This document shows positions 46,845-56,302 of a stretch of 64,000 nucleotides of DNA, one piece after another. How positions within the stretch are numbered: position 1 is the first letter of the stretch; every line of letters starts with the position of its first letter. The notes beneath the pieces were generated by a model. The model saw only the letters and a program-made list of their open reading frames with translations, made no database searches and was not told the origin of the DNA. Position numbers and translations under genes: made by a program. Source of the DNA: Candidatus Woesearchaeota archaeon (GTDB lineage Archaea > Nanobdellota > Nanobdellia > Woesearchaeales > GW2011-AR4); contig JACPMR010000011.1 in NCBI GenBank assembly GCA_016185945.1, positions 633 to 64,632 of the forward strand. Direction: 5' to 3'.

Positions 46845-49226
46845 TTATTTTAACCTTAACTTAGCAGTCAAATCAGGCCATATCTGTTCGGGATTTACAC
46901 TAGTAAATGAGCTTCCTTGAGCAAGAACATAATAGTTATTGCCTTCCTTCTTGCATGAAACTCCTGATGCAACATCTTTTCTTGCCTCGCTGAACTTATT
47001 CGTAAAGCCGCATATGTCAGCGTCAAAACCAGAGTACTCAACAACCGCGTTCTTGAAATTCTTTCCTTCTATAGAGCCTTTGATTGTTTTGCCTGCCTGC
47101 TGTGATAAATAAAGTTTATCAAATTTCTTCATTCCCTTTACATAAGACTCGTCAAAAGGCGGGCTTGTTATTAATCTTTTGATTGAACTGATAATGCTTT
47201 GTATCAGGCTGCCGAAGAATGTTGTTGTTTCCTGCTCTGAAGGCACGGTTATTGCGCTTTGGCTGTAAATGAAGCTTTTCAGTCTTTTATTGTACCATAC
47301 TTTGTTTGTTGTGTCGCACGCATGATAGTTGCCGTCATCAATCAATGCTTTATCGCAGCTTGTGATGCCGAGTATGTTAAGGGCGGTTGCTGGCGCTTCT
47401 TCAAGGTTTTTGTTGATAGAGGTTGCTGCTGTTATTCTGCTGCCTGCTTTCAAAACGCAGAAATTATTAGTCTGTATATTTGAAAGTACGTCTGAAATAA
47501 GCTCGTTTGAATCAGTCAGATACTGCAGGTTGTTTAACGAATTTTCTCTTGCATCGCAGAACAATGTGTAATCTCCGCTCTTAAGTTTTAACAATTTCAG
47601 TGCCAGCAGCTTTGTCCTTGTAGTCCACAGCCCATTCTCACAATAATTGTCGTTCACATACTCTCCAGATTCGATGCATTGGTTTGTCTGCCCAAATACA
47701 CTTGAAAGGCATTGAGACTGCTTGGGGCAAAAGCCGGAAATATCCTCATCAGGTGTAAATTTCAAGGCTGAAGTTGTCCAGTTGCCGTCTATGCATCTTA
47801 ATCCATTGACCGGTTGCGCCAACGGCTTGTTTCTCTGATTTTCAGCGCATATTGTGCCATCCCAGCACTCATCTTGAGCGCAGCATTCTGCTGCAAGATT
47901 TGGATTTGCCACAGGGGCAAAGCTCAAGTGGCTTTTGTCGTTGCCATTTGTCAAAATCCATTTTTCTGTGAATGAGCAATAATAATTGTTCTCAGGGTCT
48001 TTAAAGCAATAATCGTGGTTTGTTATTAAAGGAACTCCTGACTTATCTGACAAGCCCAATAAGTTATCATTGTCCTTATTGAAATTTATCTTGTCAATTG
48101 CACAGCCATGGAATGAGCCCTGGTAGTTTATAACCGAGTCGTCTGTGCCTTTGACAACATCAATACTTCTCACAAATTCCTTGTTCCAGCAGCCTCCTAT
48201 CACACCGGCATCATTATAGTATTCGTTTGAATCGTCTGCCTCGCTGCAGCATTTTGTGCCAGTCCACTTGAAGCCTGCTTTCTCGCATGTTGACTTGTCC
48301 TTTGTGTCCAAATCTGTTGTAAATGTTTTGTCTGATGCGCAGTAATAAACTTTATTGCTGTAGTTTACCGATTGTCCTGCTGCCAATCTTTTGCCGTCTG
48401 TGCTTGACTTGCAGGAGCTGCTGCCGCAGCATTCAACAATTGATTCTTTGCCCTTTCCAGTGCACATAAACTCGTTGCCGCTTACTTTTGTCTGCCAGAA
48501 TGCACCATCGCAAGCTTTCCACGCGCTTCCATCTGCTATGTATTCCTTGTCAGCGCAACCAAGATATTTTATGTCGCCTTTCAACTCAGAAGACTGCATC
48601 CAGAATGGAGTTGTTCCTTCTGCATCAAGATGGCAAATTCCCCCTTTTGCCTGCAATGCACAATCAGTCTCGTCGTCTCCGCAACAGCCACCATCACTCC
48701 AGTCTCTTGAACCGGCATTGTTGCCAACTGGGCAGCTAGTGCACGAGACTGCACTCCAGTCTGGTTCGTCTTCTTTGTCATCTCCGCAGCATTTGCCTTG
48801 CTCATTGTCCCACACCCTTCTGCCTGAGTTGTCTCCTATCTTGCAGCTTGTGCAAAATAATTCCCTTTTATCAGGGTCGTCTTGCTCTATGCTGTCATCT
48901 CCGCAGCATTCCGCATCCCAAAAAGTGTCTTTTAAGCAAGCGCATGCCCTTTCATCAGAATCAGGCTCGAAAATACTTGTTCGTTTATAGTCCCCGCCAG
49001 GATAATAGCCGCCAAAGTTGTCTTTGCTCAAAGAACCTCCTGGAACAGGCCTTACGTCAGGGTTTGGCTCTGTGCCTTTTGGATAGCATCCAATCTGGGC
49101 AGAGCTTCCGCCGCCACCGCCGCAAGCAGCTATAAAAATAAGCAATGTCAAGCATGACAAATAGAAAATTGTTTTTCTTCTTATTTTTACCATCCTCTTT
49201 TTTGATATGTTATTTTTGTTATGCAT
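46845..49226 (-). CDS. Large secreted Cys-rich repeat protein, probable lipoprotein or surface protein.
   Basis: Signal peptide with lipobox-like IAACGGGGGSS. Recurrent CCGDD and SCTSC modules. 793 aa. Confidence 0.5.
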   Translation of the reverse strand: MHNKNNISKKRMVKIRRKTIFYLSCLTLLIFIAACGGGGGSSAQIGCYPKGTEPNPDVRPVPGGSLSKDNFGGYYPGGDYKRTSIFEPDSDERACACLKDTFWDAECCGDDSIEQDDPDKRELFCTSCKIGDNSGRRVWDNEQGKCCGDDKEDEPDWSAVSCTSCPVGNNAGSRDWSDGGCCGDDETDCALQAKGGICHLDAEGTTPFWMQSSELKGDIKYLGCADKEYIADGSAWKACDGAFWQTKVSGNEFMCTGKGKESIVECCGSSSCKSSTDGKRLAAGQSVNYSNKVYYCASDKTFTTDLDTKDKSTCEKAGFKWTGTKCCSEADDSNEYYNDAGVIGGCWNKEFVRSIDVVKGTDDSVINYQGSFHGCAIDKINFNKDNDNLLGLSDKSGVPLITNHDYCFKDPENNYYCSFTEKWILTNGNDKSHLSFAPVANPNLAAECCAQDECWDGTICAENQRNKPLAQPVNGLRCIDGNWTTSALKFTPDEDISGFCPKQSQCLSSVFGQTNQCIESGEYVNDNYCENGLWTTRTKLLALKLLKLKSGDYTLFCDARENSLNNLQYLTDSNELISDVLSNIQTNNFCVLKAGSRITAATSINKNLEEAPATALNILGITSCDKALIDDGNYHACDTTNKVWYNKRLKSFIYSQSAITVPSEQETTTFFGSLIQSIISSIKRLITSPPFDESYVKGMKKFDKLYLSQQAGKTIKGSIEGKNFKNAVVEYSGFDADICGFTNKFSEARKDVASGVSCKKEGNNYYVLAQGSSFTSVNPEQIWPDLTAKLRLK

Positions 49227-49382
49227 ATAAAAACTTTTTGATATGGTGGATATAACCTATGCTTACTTCAAGATAATTCTTATACTGAGGGCGTCCCGTT
49301 CACTTCATGGAAGCGCAGTGGTCTCCAATTGTTTTTTTGAGATTTTATTTATGTAATAAGCACATTTCAATAATATATAAAT

Positions 49383-49614
49383 TTCAATCACGAGGCGACC
49401 CATCGACACAACCAAGTGAGTGACTTGTGAGCGAGTTCGCTGTTGCTTGCGAGAAAAGCTCGCAAACTCGCTTTTCAGGTCGAACGAAGCTCACTCGCAT
49501 GCCACTGGGTGCCCCGCAATAACAGAGGCACTTAAATGCAGCGATAAAGTGCAACATAAGAGGCTGTGGCTCCCTTATCACTAGGACATTGACAGGGAAG
49601 CCTTGGGGATTGAA
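49383..49614. repeat. Composite GC-rich repeat: TTCAATC terminus, GCGACCCA, a nested GAGCGAG palindrome, the GGGTGCCCCGCA element and a GGGGATTGAA terminus.
   Basis: Termini TTCAATCACG ... CCTTGGGGATTGAA form an imperfect terminal inverted repeat. Internal modules are shared with 30040.., 56655.. and 32590.. Confidence 0.6.
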
Positions 49615-49681
49615 TAAAAGAAGTTAATGAGTCAAATAAATAAACTTTAACAAAATATATAAAAACAGCCCAAGATTAGCC

Positions 49682-49972
49682 ATGGTTATGGAAGTGGACA
49701 GGAAGCTTTTGGAGCATGTTGCTGAATTGGCACGGTTAAAGCTCAGCGAAGAGGAAATCGGGAAATTCCTTCCTCAACTTAAGGAAGCACTTGAGTTCTT
49801 TTCAAAGTTAAAGGAAGTTGACACAGACAATGTAAAGCCTAGCTTCCAGCCAGTTGAGATAAAGAATGTTATGCGCGAAGACAAAGAAGAGAAATGCCTT
49901 TCTCAGGACGATGCATTGTCTTTGACAGAGCACAAAAAAGACGGCTATTTCAAGGGGCCGAGGGCTGTTTAA
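49682..49972 (+). CDS. gatC: Asp/Glu-tRNA amidotransferase subunit C.
   Basis: GatC-like 96-aa protein immediately upstream of gatA. Confidence 0.75.
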   Translation: MVMEVDRKLLEHVAELARLKLSEEEIGKFLPQLKEALEFFSKLKEVDTDNVKPSFQPVEIKNVMREDKEEKCLSQDDALSLTEHKKDGYFKGPRAV

Positions 49973-49973
49973 A

Positions 49974-50522
49974 ATGCACAAGCAATTAAGGCTTTTTTTA
50001 ACGGCAAATTCCTTTTTTGCGCTGGCGGCAGGAATGCTTGGGCCTATATATGCATTATTTGTCAAGCAGATTGGAGGGGATGTGCTGGCAGCTAGCGGTG
50101 CATGGGCAACTTTTATGATTGTTTCAGGACTTGGCATATTTTTAATGGGCAAAATCCAGGATAAAATAAAAAGAGAAAAGCCAGTTATAATAATTGGGTA
50201 TTTCCTGCAGAGCTTGGGTTTTCTTGGATATTTTTTTGTTTCCAATATTGTTCAGTTATTTATAGTGCAGGTGATATTGGGGGTTAGCTTAATGATTCAG
50301 ATTCCGGTTTTTAATTCATTTTATACAAAGTATCTTGAAAAGGGAAAATATGCTTCCCAGTGGGCTGCTTGGGAAGGGTTGTATTTCACGATTACGGGCA
50401 TCGCGGCGCTTATTGGGGGGTTTGTAGTGAAATTTTTTGATTTCAAGTTTTTATTTTTGATGATGTTTGGCTTGTCTTTAATTGGATTGGCATTGTCTAC
50501 TCAGTTAAAAGAGGAAAAATGA
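49974..50522 (+). CDS. Six-TM membrane protein resembling half of an MFS transporter, translationally coupled between gatC and gatA.
   Basis: Starts 2 nt after the gatC stop and overlaps the gatA start (ATGA). Confidence 0.45.
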   Translation: MHKQLRLFLTANSFFALAAGMLGPIYALFVKQIGGDVLAASGAWATFMIVSGLGIFLMGKIQDKIKREKPVIIIGYFLQSLGFLGYFFVSNIVQLFIVQVILGVSLMIQIPVFNSFYTKYLEKGKYASQWAAWEGLYFTITGIAALIGGFVVKFFDFKFLFLMMFGLSLIGLALSTQLKEEK

Positions 50523-51958
50523 GCATTCATGATTTCATCAAAAAAGTAAAAAACAATGAAATTGATATTGTTGAGCATACACAAAAAGTTATAGAGGAAT
50601 GCAAGGAAATAAACACAGAATATAATTATTTCAACACAATTTCTGAAGAATTAGCATTGCAACAGGCAAATAATATTCAAAAACTAATTAAAAACAAAGA
50701 CAAGCCATTAAAGAACAAAAAATTGCTTGGAGTTGTTATTTCTGTTAAAGACGGCATCTGTGTCAAAGATGTTGAAAGCACTGCTGGCTCAAGAATACTC
50801 CAAGGGTATAAGCCGTTGTTCGATGCTTTTGTAATTCAAAGAGTGAAAGAAGAAGGAGGCATTATTATTGGAAAAACTTCACAAGATGAGTTTGGATTTG
50901 GAAGTTTTTCTGTCAATATCGGGGTTGGCTACAAAGTTCCAAAAAATCCCATTGACAAGGAAAGAAGCTGTGGTGGCTCTTCAGGAGGAGCGGCAGGCAT
51001 ATCAAAAAAGGCATCTTTTCCGCACATTTCATTAGGAGAAAGCACAGGCGGCAGTATTGCGGAGCCAGCTTCTTTCTGCGATGTTTTTGGATTATGCCCA
51101 ACTTATGGCAGGGTTTCAAGGTATGGTTTGATTGATTTCGGCAATTCGCTTGATAAAATAGGCCCAATTGGAAGAACAATTGAAGATGTTGCATTATTAA
51201 TGGATGTTATTGAAGGCTATGGCAAGAATGACAGCACTTCCTTGAATGTTAAAAATGAGGATTATTCAAAATATCTAAAAAAATCAATCAAAGAAATGAA
51301 GGTTGGCATAATAAAAGAAGCATTTGCAGAAGGCGTTGAGCCGGAAGTTGAAAAAAATGTCTATAATGGAATTGAAGAGCTTGAAGAGGAAGGTGCAAAA
51401 GCTGAAGAAATTTCTTTGGAGCTGCCTATAAAATACGGGCTTGCAACATATTACATGATTGGAACTTCTGAGGCAAGCACAAACCTTGCAAAATACTGCG
51501 GCATGCGTTATGGCATTAGCGAAAAACTGGAAGGCAGCTTTAACGAATATTTTACAAGGGTAAGAAGCAAAAATCTTGGTGATGAAGCAAAAAGAAGAAT
51601 TATTCTTGGTACGTTTGCAAGAATGGCTGGCTACAGAGATGCTTACTATATAAAGGCAATGAAAGTCAGGACTTTGATGATTCAGGAATACAAAAAAGCC
51701 TTCAAGAAGTTTGACGCATTAGTTTCTCCAACTGTTCCAATTCTGCCACCAAAGTTTTCTGAAATAGAAAAATTGACTCCATTGCAGAACTACATGATGG
51801 ATGTCATGCTTGTCGGCCCAAATGTTGCTGGCTTGCCCCATTTAAACGTTCCAGTCGGCTATGAAAAAAATCTTCCAGTTGGAATGTTATTGATAGCAGA
51901 CCATCTGCAGGAAGGGAAATTGATACAATTGGGAAGTGCTGTAGAGAAGGGGAAATGA
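50519..51958 (+). CDS. gatA: Glu/Asp-tRNA amidotransferase subunit A (amidase signature family).
   Basis: GGSSGGAAG amidase signature and a Ser-cisSer-Lys context. Confidence 0.9.
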   Translation: MSIHDFIKKVKNNEIDIVEHTQKVIEECKEINTEYNYFNTISEELALQQANNIQKLIKNKDKPLKNKKLLGVVISVKDGICVKDVESTAGSRILQGYKPLFDAFVIQRVKEEGGIIIGKTSQDEFGFGSFSVNIGVGYKVPKNPIDKERSCGGSSGGAAGISKKASFPHISLGESTGGSIAEPASFCDVFGLCPTYGRVSRYGLIDFGNSLDKIGPIGRTIEDVALLMDVIEGYGKNDSTSLNVKNEDYSKYLKKSIKEMKVGIIKEAFAEGVEPEVEKNVYNGIEELEEEGAKAEEISLELPIKYGLATYYMIGTSEASTNLAKYCGMRYGISEKLEGSFNEYFTRVRSKNLGDEAKRRIILGTFARMAGYRDAYYIKAMKVRTLMIQEYKKAFKKFDALVSPTVPILPPKFSEIEKLTPLQNYMMDVMLVGPNVAGLPHLNVPVGYEKNLPVGMLLIADHLQEGKLIQLGSAVEKGK

Positions 51959-52152
51959 AAATTAAAGAACTATTTGAAAGTTGGATTGTTGATTTAGTAT
52001 CAAGTGTATTAGGTGTAGCTATGGTTGTATACTCTTTTGAAATAAAGCAACAAAATCCGTACTGGTGGATAGCTTTCATTTCTGGACTAATTTTTCAAAT
52101 TCCATTAATTTATTTCAAGATTTGGAAATTTATAGAAGAAAATTTTGGTTAA
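51955..52152 (+). CDS. Small 2-TM membrane protein between gatA and gatB.
   Basis: Overlaps the gatA stop (ATGA); hydrophobic. Confidence 0.3.
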   Translation: MKIKELFESWIVDLVSSVLGVAMVVYSFEIKQQNPYWWIAFISGLIFQIPLIYFKIWKFIEENFG

Positions 52153-52154
52153 AA

Positions 52155-53570
52155 ATGAAACACTTCACTAGCAACATTGTGATTGGACTTGAAATCCACA
52201 CAGAGCTAGACACCAATACAAAACTCTTTTGCAGCTGCCCAACCAAAGGAAACGAAGAGCCAAACACTAGAACGTGCCCTACTTGCTTGGGAATGCCAGG
52301 CTCAAAACCAGTTCTTAACAAAAAAGCAGTCGAGTTTGCTCTAAAATTATGTCTTGCTTTAAATTGTGAAATATCTCCAGAATTAATTTTCTCAAGAAAA
52401 TCATATTTCTATCCAGACATGTCAAAAAACTATCAAATTTCTCAATATGATATCCCTCTTGGGAAAAATGGCAGTTTAAGATTAAGGGATGGAAAAGAAA
52501 TTGGTATTATAAGAGTTCATTTGGAAGAAGACCCTGCTTCTCTAATACATCCTGCTGGATTGAAAGAAAGCCAATATGTTTTGGTGGATTACAACAGAAG
52601 CGGAAATCCTCTTGTTGAGATTGTAACAGAACCAGATTTAACATCTCCAGACGAAGCAAGAGATTTTATGAAGCAGTTGATTACAGTGCTTAACTATTTA
52701 GAGATTTTTGATATAAATGAAGGAATCATAAAGGCGGATGCAAATGTTTCAATAAAAGAAAGTGATTATGCAAGAGTTGAAATAAAAAATATCACGGGCT
52801 TTAAAGAAATTGAAAAAGCGTTAGTTTATGAAGTCAACAGGCAAAAAGAAGACACAAAGCTTCATAAAAAAATCGAGCAGGAAACAAGGGCATGGGATTC
52901 AGAGAAAGGAGTTACATTTACTTTGAGAAAAAAAGAAACTGAAGAGGATTATGGCTATATTATAGACACTGATTTGACTATTGTTGAGATAACTGACAAA
53001 TGGGTTAAGGAAATCAAAAAGGAAATGCCGGAATTGGCACAGGACAAAGTCAAGAAGTTTGTTGAAAAGCACAAGATAAAGAAAGAAGATGCAGAAATTC
53101 TTGCAGCAGAAAAAGAATTAGCAGAGATGTTTGAGAAAGTAGCAGAAGAAATTAATCCAGTCCTGGCAGCAAAATGGCTGAGAAGAGAACTTGTTAGGGT
53201 TTTGAATTACAACAAAAAAGAATTGCGTGAAGTTGAGATTGATGAAAAGCACATGATTGATTTATTAAAATTAGTTGAAAACAAAAATATAACTGATAAT
53301 GTTGCATCTAAAATTCTTGAAAAACTGATTGAAAAACCGTTTAATGTCAATGAATATGTGAAGAAAGAAAAATTGGAAGCAGTTTCTGATACTTCTGAAC
53401 TGGAAAAATACTGCAGGGAAGCGATTGAGGAAAACCCACAAGCTGTTGAAGATTATAAGAAAGGAGAAAAAAGGGCACTGAATTTCATTGTGGGAAAAGT
53501 TATGGCTAAAACCAGAGGAAAAGCAACTCCGAAAGAAGTTAATGAGATTATTCTGAGATTGATTAAATAA
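52155..53570 (+). CDS. gatB: Asp/Glu-tRNA amidotransferase subunit B.
   Basis: MKHFTSNIVIGLEIHTEL N-terminus typical of GatB/E and a C-terminal YqeY-like domain. Start moved to the internal ATG at 52155. Confidence 0.85.
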   Translation: MKHFTSNIVIGLEIHTELDTNTKLFCSCPTKGNEEPNTRTCPTCLGMPGSKPVLNKKAVEFALKLCLALNCEISPELIFSRKSYFYPDMSKNYQISQYDIPLGKNGSLRLRDGKEIGIIRVHLEEDPASLIHPAGLKESQYVLVDYNRSGNPLVEIVTEPDLTSPDEARDFMKQLITVLNYLEIFDINEGIIKADANVSIKESDYARVEIKNITGFKEIEKALVYEVNRQKEDTKLHKKIEQETRAWDSEKGVTFTLRKKETEEDYGYIIDTDLTIVEITDKWVKEIKKEMPELAQDKVKKFVEKHKIKKEDAEILAAEKELAEMFEKVAEEINPVLAAKWLRRELVRVLNYNKKELREVEIDEKHMIDLLKLVENKNITDNVASKILEKLIEKPFNVNEYVKKEKLEAVSDTSELEKYCREAIEENPQAVEDYKKGEKRALNFIVGKVMAKTRGKATPKEVNEIILRLIK

Positions 53571-53579
53571 GAATAATGA

Positions 53580-53963
53580 TTATTTCACAAATTCCACATT
53601 TTCCATGTCTTCAAATTGATTATCCCCAGTCAGAAACTTTATTTTGTTTTCTTTGGCAAAAACATATCCGATGCAGTCTACATAACTCAAATCCTTGCTT
53701 TTATTTTCTGCCTTGAATATCATGGCTTTTTTAATTAATGAATCATCAACTTCAATTACAAACGGCTTATATTTTTGATAGTAGAATTCGGCTTTGTCAA
53801 TCCCATGCAGTATGTATAAGCGATAATACAATTCCATTAAATTCAGTTTTGTTGTTGCAATGCCTATATTTTTTAAATAACCCTTATAATTCGGATTGCC
53901 GTTAATTATTTCAAGGAATGCATAAGTATCATAAAATAGGATAATCTCTTCTTCCATGCGCAT
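53580..53963 (-). CDS. vapC: PIN-domain toxin (VapC-like).
   Basis: Acidic residues at FYDTYAF, MELYY, SYVDCIGY and LTGD. Confidence 0.7.
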   Translation of the reverse strand: MRMEEEIILFYDTYAFLEIINGNPNYKGYLKNIGIATTKLNLMELYYRLYILHGIDKAEFYYQKYKPFVIEVDDSLIKKAMIFKAENKSKDLSYVDCIGYVFAKENKIKFLTGDNQFEDMENVEFVK

Positions 53964-54194
53964 TTATCCCTTCCTGAATTTTCTGTCGGAAGAGCTTTCC
54001 CAATCTCTTCTAGATAAATCTTTAAGCTGCTGCCCAGTAAGTTTTGTTTTTAGAGTTCCAAAAGTATCGCTTAAATCCCCCTTTTTGAATATACTTATAA
54101 CTATTTCATCGCCTTCCTTGATATTTTGCTTCTGGACAATTTCTCTTGGGATTATAACCCCAATCGAGCTGCCCCATTTCTTTGCAGTTACCAT
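53964..54194 (-). CDS. vapB: AbrB/MazE-type antitoxin (VapB-like).
   Basis: MVTAKKWGSSIGVIIPREIVQKQNIKEGDEIVI swapped-hairpin fold. Confidence 0.6.
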   Translation of the reverse strand: MVTAKKWGSSIGVIIPREIVQKQNIKEGDEIVISIFKKGDLSDTFGTLKTKLTGQQLKDLSRRDWESSSDRKFRKG

Positions 54195-54266
54195 GTGCTA
54201 CTCACTTAGTTATATTTTTAGTTAACTAGAAGTTATATTTAAATGTTTCGGTTGCAATAATAGAAA

Positions 54267-55535
54267 TCACAACTCCAATTCCAAAATCCTGCTAACTTCC
54301 TCTTTAACCCTCCTTTCAAAATCAGGCACTATTTCTCCTTCCTGCTTTTCGGTTACTAGAATCCTCATCAGATTTTTTATCAATTCTTCCTCCTTTTCCA
54401 GAGTCAAATTTTCCAGTTTTATCTGCCCCAAATGCTCTTTTATCAAAAACGATTCAATATCCTCGACATTTCTTGCATCAGTCTTCACTTCTTCAAATTC
54501 CTTTGAGCTTACAGCATGCGAGCTTTTCATCACAAAATATGCTGATTTGTTGTAAAGATATTCAAAAATTTCCTTGAAATCTATGTCGCTTGGCTTGCCA
54601 CTTTCCAAGGTGCCATTCAATCTTATCAAAACAAGGGTATTATTCAATTCCTTGTTTTTGAAATGCTCCAAAATTTTGTTTTTTACCCCATCAGGGCTTA
54701 AATGGTTGCAATCAACTTCTAATTTCTCAACATTATAGATTTGTATCGGCTCCCATTTAACATTTTCGTCTTCAACAATAAAAAAGCCGCCTCTCTCAAG
54801 CTTTTCAAGCTCTGCAAAGCTGTTCGGGAACAAAGGCCCGGGATAAGCAATCCTTCCATAGCCCTCAATCTGCTTGTCGTCAACAATATGGACGTGCCCG
54901 CCTGCATAATAGTCAAAGCCCTTTGGCAGCAATGATAATGGCTGCGATAGTATATTCTCCATTTCCTTCGGCTTTAATTCATCAATTCCAGAATGAAACA
55001 AGAATATTTTATAGCCGTCTTCTTTTTCAAGATGCTCGGTAATCAATTTTTCATAATATGTTTTTTCCAAAGCACCTCTTTTGCCCAAAATTCCCGTGAT
55101 TTTTGCTCCTGTGTTCTTGTCGATTGTAAAATTCAGCTTTAATTTTCCGTTCTCAACAGTTCCTTTAAAGACATTAAAGAACAGTCCAGCTTCTTCCAGA
55201 ACATCAAGAATCGTCTTGCCGCTTGGGCTATAGTCATGGCTTCCTGGAACAATGTAAACTGGAATGCCTAAATCCTTTAATTGCTTGAATTTAGAAACAA
55301 CTGTCTTTAGATTGTCTAATCTTGGAAATGAAGTATTAAATAAATCGCCTGCTATAAGAATGAAATCTATCTTTTCCTTTATGCATTTGTCAATTGCCTT
55401 GCAGAAAGCCAAAGTGCTTATATCCTTCAGCTTTGGATCTCTCCAAGAGCCGATATGGCAGTCTGCTAAATGGGCGAATTTCATAAGATAAGGTAAGGTA
55501 TAATGATTTTTAAAGGTATTTATACCACTGGACAC
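54267..55535 (-). CDS. mre11: Mre11 DNA double-strand-break repair nuclease (calcineurin-like phosphoesterase).
   Basis: Motifs FAHLADCHIG, IAGDLFN and GSHD. Confidence 0.8.
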   Translation of the reverse strand: MSSGINTFKNHYTLPYLMKFAHLADCHIGSWRDPKLKDISTLAFCKAIDKCIKEKIDFILIAGDLFNTSFPRLDNLKTVVSKFKQLKDLGIPVYIVPGSHDYSPSGKTILDVLEEAGLFFNVFKGTVENGKLKLNFTIDKNTGAKITGILGKRGALEKTYYEKLITEHLEKEDGYKIFLFHSGIDELKPKEMENILSQPLSLLPKGFDYYAGGHVHIVDDKQIEGYGRIAYPGPLFPNSFAELEKLERGGFFIVEDENVKWEPIQIYNVEKLEVDCNHLSPDGVKNKILEHFKNKELNNTLVLIRLNGTLESGKPSDIDFKEIFEYLYNKSAYFVMKSSHAVSSKEFEEVKTDARNVEDIESFLIKEHLGQIKLENLTLEKEEELIKNLMRILVTEKQEGEIVPDFERRVKEEVSRILELEL

Positions 55536-55565
55536 TGGACATCTTTGGCTGAAGTATTTAAAGGA
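55501..55565 (+). promoter_or_regulatory. Copy A of a duplicated approximately 65-bp intergenic element: ATGATTTTT-TATTTATA-ACTGGACACTGGACAT-TTTG-TGAAGTATTTAAAGG (tandem TGGACA half-sites plus a BRE/TATA-like box).
   Basis: Aligns with 62524..62600. The TATTTAAA box sits about 30 nt upstream of the tRNA-Leu-like fragment. Confidence 0.4.
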
Positions 55566-55594
55566 AGAATTCTATCCTTAAGAATAAAGAAGAA

Positions 55595-55649
55595 TGGCCG
55601 AGTCTGGCCGATGCACTAACCTAAAATCCAGTTGACATCTACCCGCAAG
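55595..55649 (+). other. Degenerate tRNA-Leu-like 5' fragment (D-arm, anticodon-arm-like and variable-arm-like segments) directly upstream of the intact tRNA-Leu.
   Basis: TGGCCGAGTCTGGCCGATGCACTAACCTAAAATCCAGTTGACATCTACCCGCAAG parallels GGCAGAGTTCGGCTTAATGCGCTGGACTTAAGATCCAGATGACACTACCCGTGTCA but lacks a pairing anticodon stem and a 3' half. Confidence 0.35.
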
Positions 55650-55692
55650 AATAATCATATTAGTGAAGTATTTAAACTTTGCTATCGGCAAA

Positions 55693-55803
55693 GCCAGGGT
55701 GGCAGAGTTCGGCTTAATGCGCTGGACTTAAGATCCAGATGACACTACCCGTGTCACGCGGGTTCAAAGTCATCATGGGATGCTGGAAATCCCGTCCCTG
55801 GCG
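55693..55803 (+). tRNA. tRNA-Leu(TAA) with an approximately 21-nt intron inside the T-loop (about 55769..55789).
   Basis: Acceptor GCCAGGG/CCCTGGC; anticodon arm CTGGA-CTTAAGA-TCCAG; variable arm TGACAC-TACCC-GTGTCA; T-stem GCGGG/CCCGT flanking TTCAAA[gtcatcatgggatgctggaaa]T. Confidence 0.7.
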
Positions 55804-55886
55804 CCGAAAAATATTGGATTTATAATTTAATGGGAAGGTGTAGTTTACAGAAAAGCTTATAATAAATCTTTTTATTCTTTATTTTA

Positions 55887-56129
55887 ATGAAATCCAAAAA
55901 GTGGTGGCAAGCTCGATATTTTGGAGAAAGAATATATACCCCTTATGAATATCTCTATGGTTCTGGGGTGTCAATAATTGTTATTGGCATTATTTTTCTT
56001 TTAATAACTATTTTTATTAACTTAAATATTAAAAATTTAATTTTTTCAGGTTTTATAATATTTTTAGGTTTGGCTGTTGTCGTAATCTTGAAAATATTGA
56101 AAAAAATATTTGTAGATAATAAGAAATAA
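55887..56129 (+). CDS. Small membrane protein (2 TM).
   Basis: Hydrophobic ORF only. Confidence 0.3.
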   Translation: MKSKKWWQARYFGERIYTPYEYLYGSGVSIIVIGIIFLLITIFINLNIKNLIFSGFIIFLGLAVVVILKILKKIFVDNKK

Positions 56130-56302
56130 CATACCAAAAATTAAAAAAAACATTTAGGAACCGCATTTCTCTGCATCCATCACCTCCGTTTGTTTGCAAA
56201 AGAATACCTATTGCTTCAGGTATTCGCTAGGTGATTCCGGATTTCCCAAACTTGTTTTGTTGTCGTTTGAGGAGCTGGAGTGCAGTCCCTAAATGAATAT
56301 GA

